Source of the DNA: a virus
Virus record (IMG/VR): IMGVR_UViG_2700989228_000060
Location: 1 to 6,424 of that record
Strand: one strand, 5' to 3'
DNA: 6,424 nucleotides
Under the pieces are notes generated by a model. It was not told where the DNA came from and ran no database searches. It worked only from the letters and a program-made list of their open reading frames with translations. Within the stretch, counting starts at the first letter, position 1. Each line of letters opens with the position of its first letter. This document shows positions 4,265 through 6,424 of this stretch, piece after piece. Both the position numbers and the translations under genes were made by a program.

Positions 4265-6337
4265 TTAAAGATTCATACTACCAACAACAGACATAGGACG
4301 GACTGCCTTAACATCAAAGTAAGAGTTAATCATAAATTGGTCAGTCATTGTACGACCGTCATAATTGAAAGAGAATATAGGGTCTAATACTTTAGGGTCA
4401 ATCATAAAGTTACGCAAACTTAAGAAAGATTTTTGATTTTTGTCATCACCTTTATAAGTATAAGTATTCATACGTGGAGTAGTCCAAGCGCTCAACGTAC
4501 CAAAACTTTGGAACTCACCGAATACCAAGTCCCTACTATTCTTATATTCTGCATAACGTGAGGTATAACCTAAGATACCGTTATTAACATCGGTATTAGT
4601 TGTGAAGCACAAATCAGATTGTAAAATAGGTTGTAATCCAAGATTTTGAAACTCTGGTTGGAAGTAATCCATACGATCGAGTTTGCGGTTAAAGGGATTC
4701 ATAAACTCAGCGTTGTAATCTACTTGTGGGGCAATAGAATAGATACACATAATCAAGCCATGTTCTTTAACATCAAAGTTTATTTTACCACTATTCATAG
4801 AGCCAATACCTTTACCGAACATCTGACCTGTAACAGAGGGAGAAGAAGCCTTTGTAGTAGGGTCTACAGCCGTACCGTTAGCAGTACTTATAACTTCACT
4901 AATAGCTACTGTATTATCAAAACCACCTATAAACTGTGCGCAATCTCTACGACTTTCGGGTACTTTAAAGCCATAATGTGCTGCTATCTGACTAGAGTAA
5001 TCAAGACCGTTAGCACGGCGAGTAGCTTCAAGCATTTTTTCAAGGGCAAACGCTGCCTTAATGTCTGCAACAGAAAGATAATTACTAGTATCAGTATTTA
5101 CAACAACAGAAGTATCACCAGCACCACGCAATAAATCTGGTTCTTGAAAACCATTAGTAAAAGTAGGCAAATTAAATATGCCTTCAGTATACAACACACT
5201 AGGTAAAGCAGAAGTTAACCAATCTTTTTGCCAATAGCGATAACGAAGATTAAAGAGATTATAGACTTCATTATTATCCATTAAACCACCTTTATACATA
5301 TAATCTACATTGAAACAAGTAGGGTCTGCCTTTTCCCATTGCTGATTACGATAGAAGTCATTATATATACGTTGATAAGCTAGAGGACGGAAAGCACTAA
5401 CGTGATAAGATTTTAAAGTAGCTAGGTTTTTATTCTTTTCATCAGTAATAGGGAAATAAACATACTTATTAGAAATCTTTTTATCACGTGTATCATAGTA
5501 AGGTAATATCATACGACCGTCAGACGATACACCATATTCCATTAAGTTCAACAGACGGAAAGCACCATAAGTATAACTATAACCGTGTACATCTTTATTT
5601 TTATCTTTAGTAAAATCGAAAGGAACACTATCGGGTAACGCATGATAAGAAGAACCCCAGAACGTACCAGAGTGATGCGGTTTATTATTACCACTACCAA
5701 AATGAAAATTATGAGTAAAAGGATAATTCTCATCATTATCTATAGGATTATCTGAATGATGACCATCGTCAATAGGATGAGAAGTATCAGCATCAACAGA
5801 AGAACGAGTAGACGCAGCTAAAGGGGGTTGATTAGGATTAATTGGAGACGGTCCAGCGGTAGGAGCTTTTTCGTTAGAATAAGGAACTTCATAAGGGTCA
5901 GAACCAATATGACCTTTAAAACGAGAACCATCCTCTTTACCAATAGACGATAAAAAAGACAACAAGTCAAAGCTAGGTACACTATTAGGAACGTCACTAA
6001 AGGAAGATATATCACCTTTTAAATCTTTAGGGTCACGGAAAGAACGGTCACCATTGGTTACACCAGCAAAGAAGCGGTCAGAACTAGACCATAAAGCACG
6101 ATAGGGAACGAAGAAGAAGTGATAGTATTCCTTACAACGAGCGAAAGCAGCTGTATTCAGTGGTTGAGTCCTTACGAGGTCTTGTACTGAAATACTAAAA
6201 TGTTCGCCCGGATTAACTTCTTGTGTTAGAACCGGCAGTAATGCACCAGCGGGAGCGGAGAAGATACGGCGACTAGATAAGTCAAAACCGTTCCTAGATA
6301 GGGTAGGGTGGGGGGTAGGTAATTTGAATGAACTCAT
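4265..6337 (-). CDS. VP1: Major capsid protein VP1 (Microviridae F-protein family)
   Basis: 690-aa ORF. The N-terminal region NGFDLS...LLPV...NPGE...TQPLNTAAFARCKEYYHFFFVPYRALW resembles what I remember of conserved Microviridae VP1/F N-terminal blocks. The C-terminal beta-rich region ends in ...DVKAVRPMSV. The start codon lies inside the terminal repeat, which is consistent with circularity. Confidence 0.95.
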   Translation of the reverse strand: MSSFKLPTPHPTLSRNGFDLSSRRIFSAPAGALLPVLTQEVNPGEHFSISVQDLVRTQPLNTAAFARCKEYYHFFFVPYRALWSSSDRFFAGVTNGDRSFRDPKDLKGDISSFSDVPNSVPSFDLLSFLSSIGKEDGSRFKGHIGSDPYEVPYSNEKAPTAGPSPINPNQPPLAASTRSSVDADTSHPIDDGHHSDNPIDNDENYPFTHNFHFGSGNNKPHHSGTFWGSSYHALPDSVPFDFTKDKNKDVHGYSYTYGAFRLLNLMEYGVSSDGRMILPYYDTRDKKISNKYVYFPITDEKNKNLATLKSYHVSAFRPLAYQRIYNDFYRNQQWEKADPTCFNVDYMYKGGLMDNNEVYNLFNLRYRYWQKDWLTSALPSVLYTEGIFNLPTFTNGFQEPDLLRGAGDTSVVVNTDTSNYLSVADIKAAFALEKMLEATRRANGLDYSSQIAAHYGFKVPESRRDCAQFIGGFDNTVAISEVISTANGTAVDPTTKASSPSVTGQMFGKGIGSMNSGKINFDVKEHGLIMCIYSIAPQVDYNAEFMNPFNRKLDRMDYFQPEFQNLGLQPILQSDLCFTTNTDVNNGILGYTSRYAEYKNSRDLVFGEFQSFGTLSAWTTPRMNTYTYKGDDKNQKSFLSLRNFMIDPKVLDPIFSFNYDGRTMTDQFMINSYFDVKAVRPMSVVGSMNL

Positions 6338-6424
6338 AATTAATAATTATTATTATTCGATGAAATCGGGATTAAATGTATCATTATATATTTTAGTCTT
6401 GTTAGCATCTTGTAAGTACTTGTA
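6327..6424. repeat. Terminal direct repeat, right copy, identical to 1-98. Positions 6353-6424 are a redundant copy of the last 72 nt of the VP4 ORF including its stop codon.
   Basis: Same comparison as for 1-98. Confidence 0.97.

Noticed and set aside
4646-5134. 162-aa plus-strand ORF antisense to VP1
   Set aside because: It lies entirely within and opposite the well-supported VP1 gene. Its product is Cys/Ile/Thr/Tyr/Phe-rich with no motif I recognise, and there is no promoter or start context. Every other gene is on the other strand, and microviruses transcribe only one strand. It is most likely a shadow ORF.
5548-6015. Two very hydrophobic alternate-frame ORFs (62 and 65 aa, same frame) inside VP1, reminiscent of the overprinted phiX174 lysis gene E
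   Set aside because: The extreme Leu/Ile/Val/Phe content is what a frame shift produces when T falls at codon position 2 in a T-rich strand. The ORFs are short enough to arise by chance, and neither ATG has an obvious start context. The genome already encodes a dedicated peptidase-based lysis module. The question is worth revisiting only if synonymous-site constraint appears in VP1 alignments.
1-6424. Search for tRNA, rRNA, CRISPR arrays, integrase or transposase, and DGR-style template/variable repeats
   Set aside because: I saw no cloverleaf-compatible sequence with a GTTCGA-type T-loop, no regularly spaced direct repeats, no recombinase-like ORF and no long near-identical repeat pair other than the terminal overlap and the 42-nt VP2 duplication.

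Overview
The window is slightly more than one copy of a circular ssDNA phage genome of the family Microviridae, shown as the complement of the coding (viral) strand. Positions 1-98 are identical to 6327-6424, so the unit genome is 6326 nt and the duplication is most likely an assembly overlap. All convincing genes lie on the minus strand. In coding order they are: an M15/LAS-type zinc peptidase (109 aa), an unlisted 58-aa membrane protein, the rolling-circle Rep VP4 (487 aa), the major capsid protein VP1 (690 aa), a 153-aa acidic VP3-like protein, the pilot/minor capsid protein VP2 (372 aa), and an unlisted 40-aa hydrophobic micro-ORF followed by an intrinsic terminator. Genome size, the large VP1 and VP4, and the absence of Shine-Dalgarno motifs upstream of all seven genes called here suggest an Alpavirinae-like phage of a Bacteroidota host; that host call is inference. 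Points worth a second look: (1) a likely muralytic lysis module, the M15 peptidase plus a small two-segment membrane protein, instead of a phiX174-type single-gene lysis protein; (2) a 364-nt noncoding region with repeated ACTTCG and GTTGCACT motifs and two sets of mutually exclusive hairpins, a candidate origin or regulatory hub; (3) a 177-codon alternate-frame ORF inside VP4 that stays open across an A8 slippery run; (4) a His/Pro/Asp-rich insertion in VP1; (5) a 14-aa tandem duplication in VP2; (6) a terminator-like hairpin between the VP3-like gene and VP2. No tRNA, rRNA, CRISPR array or transposase was seen.
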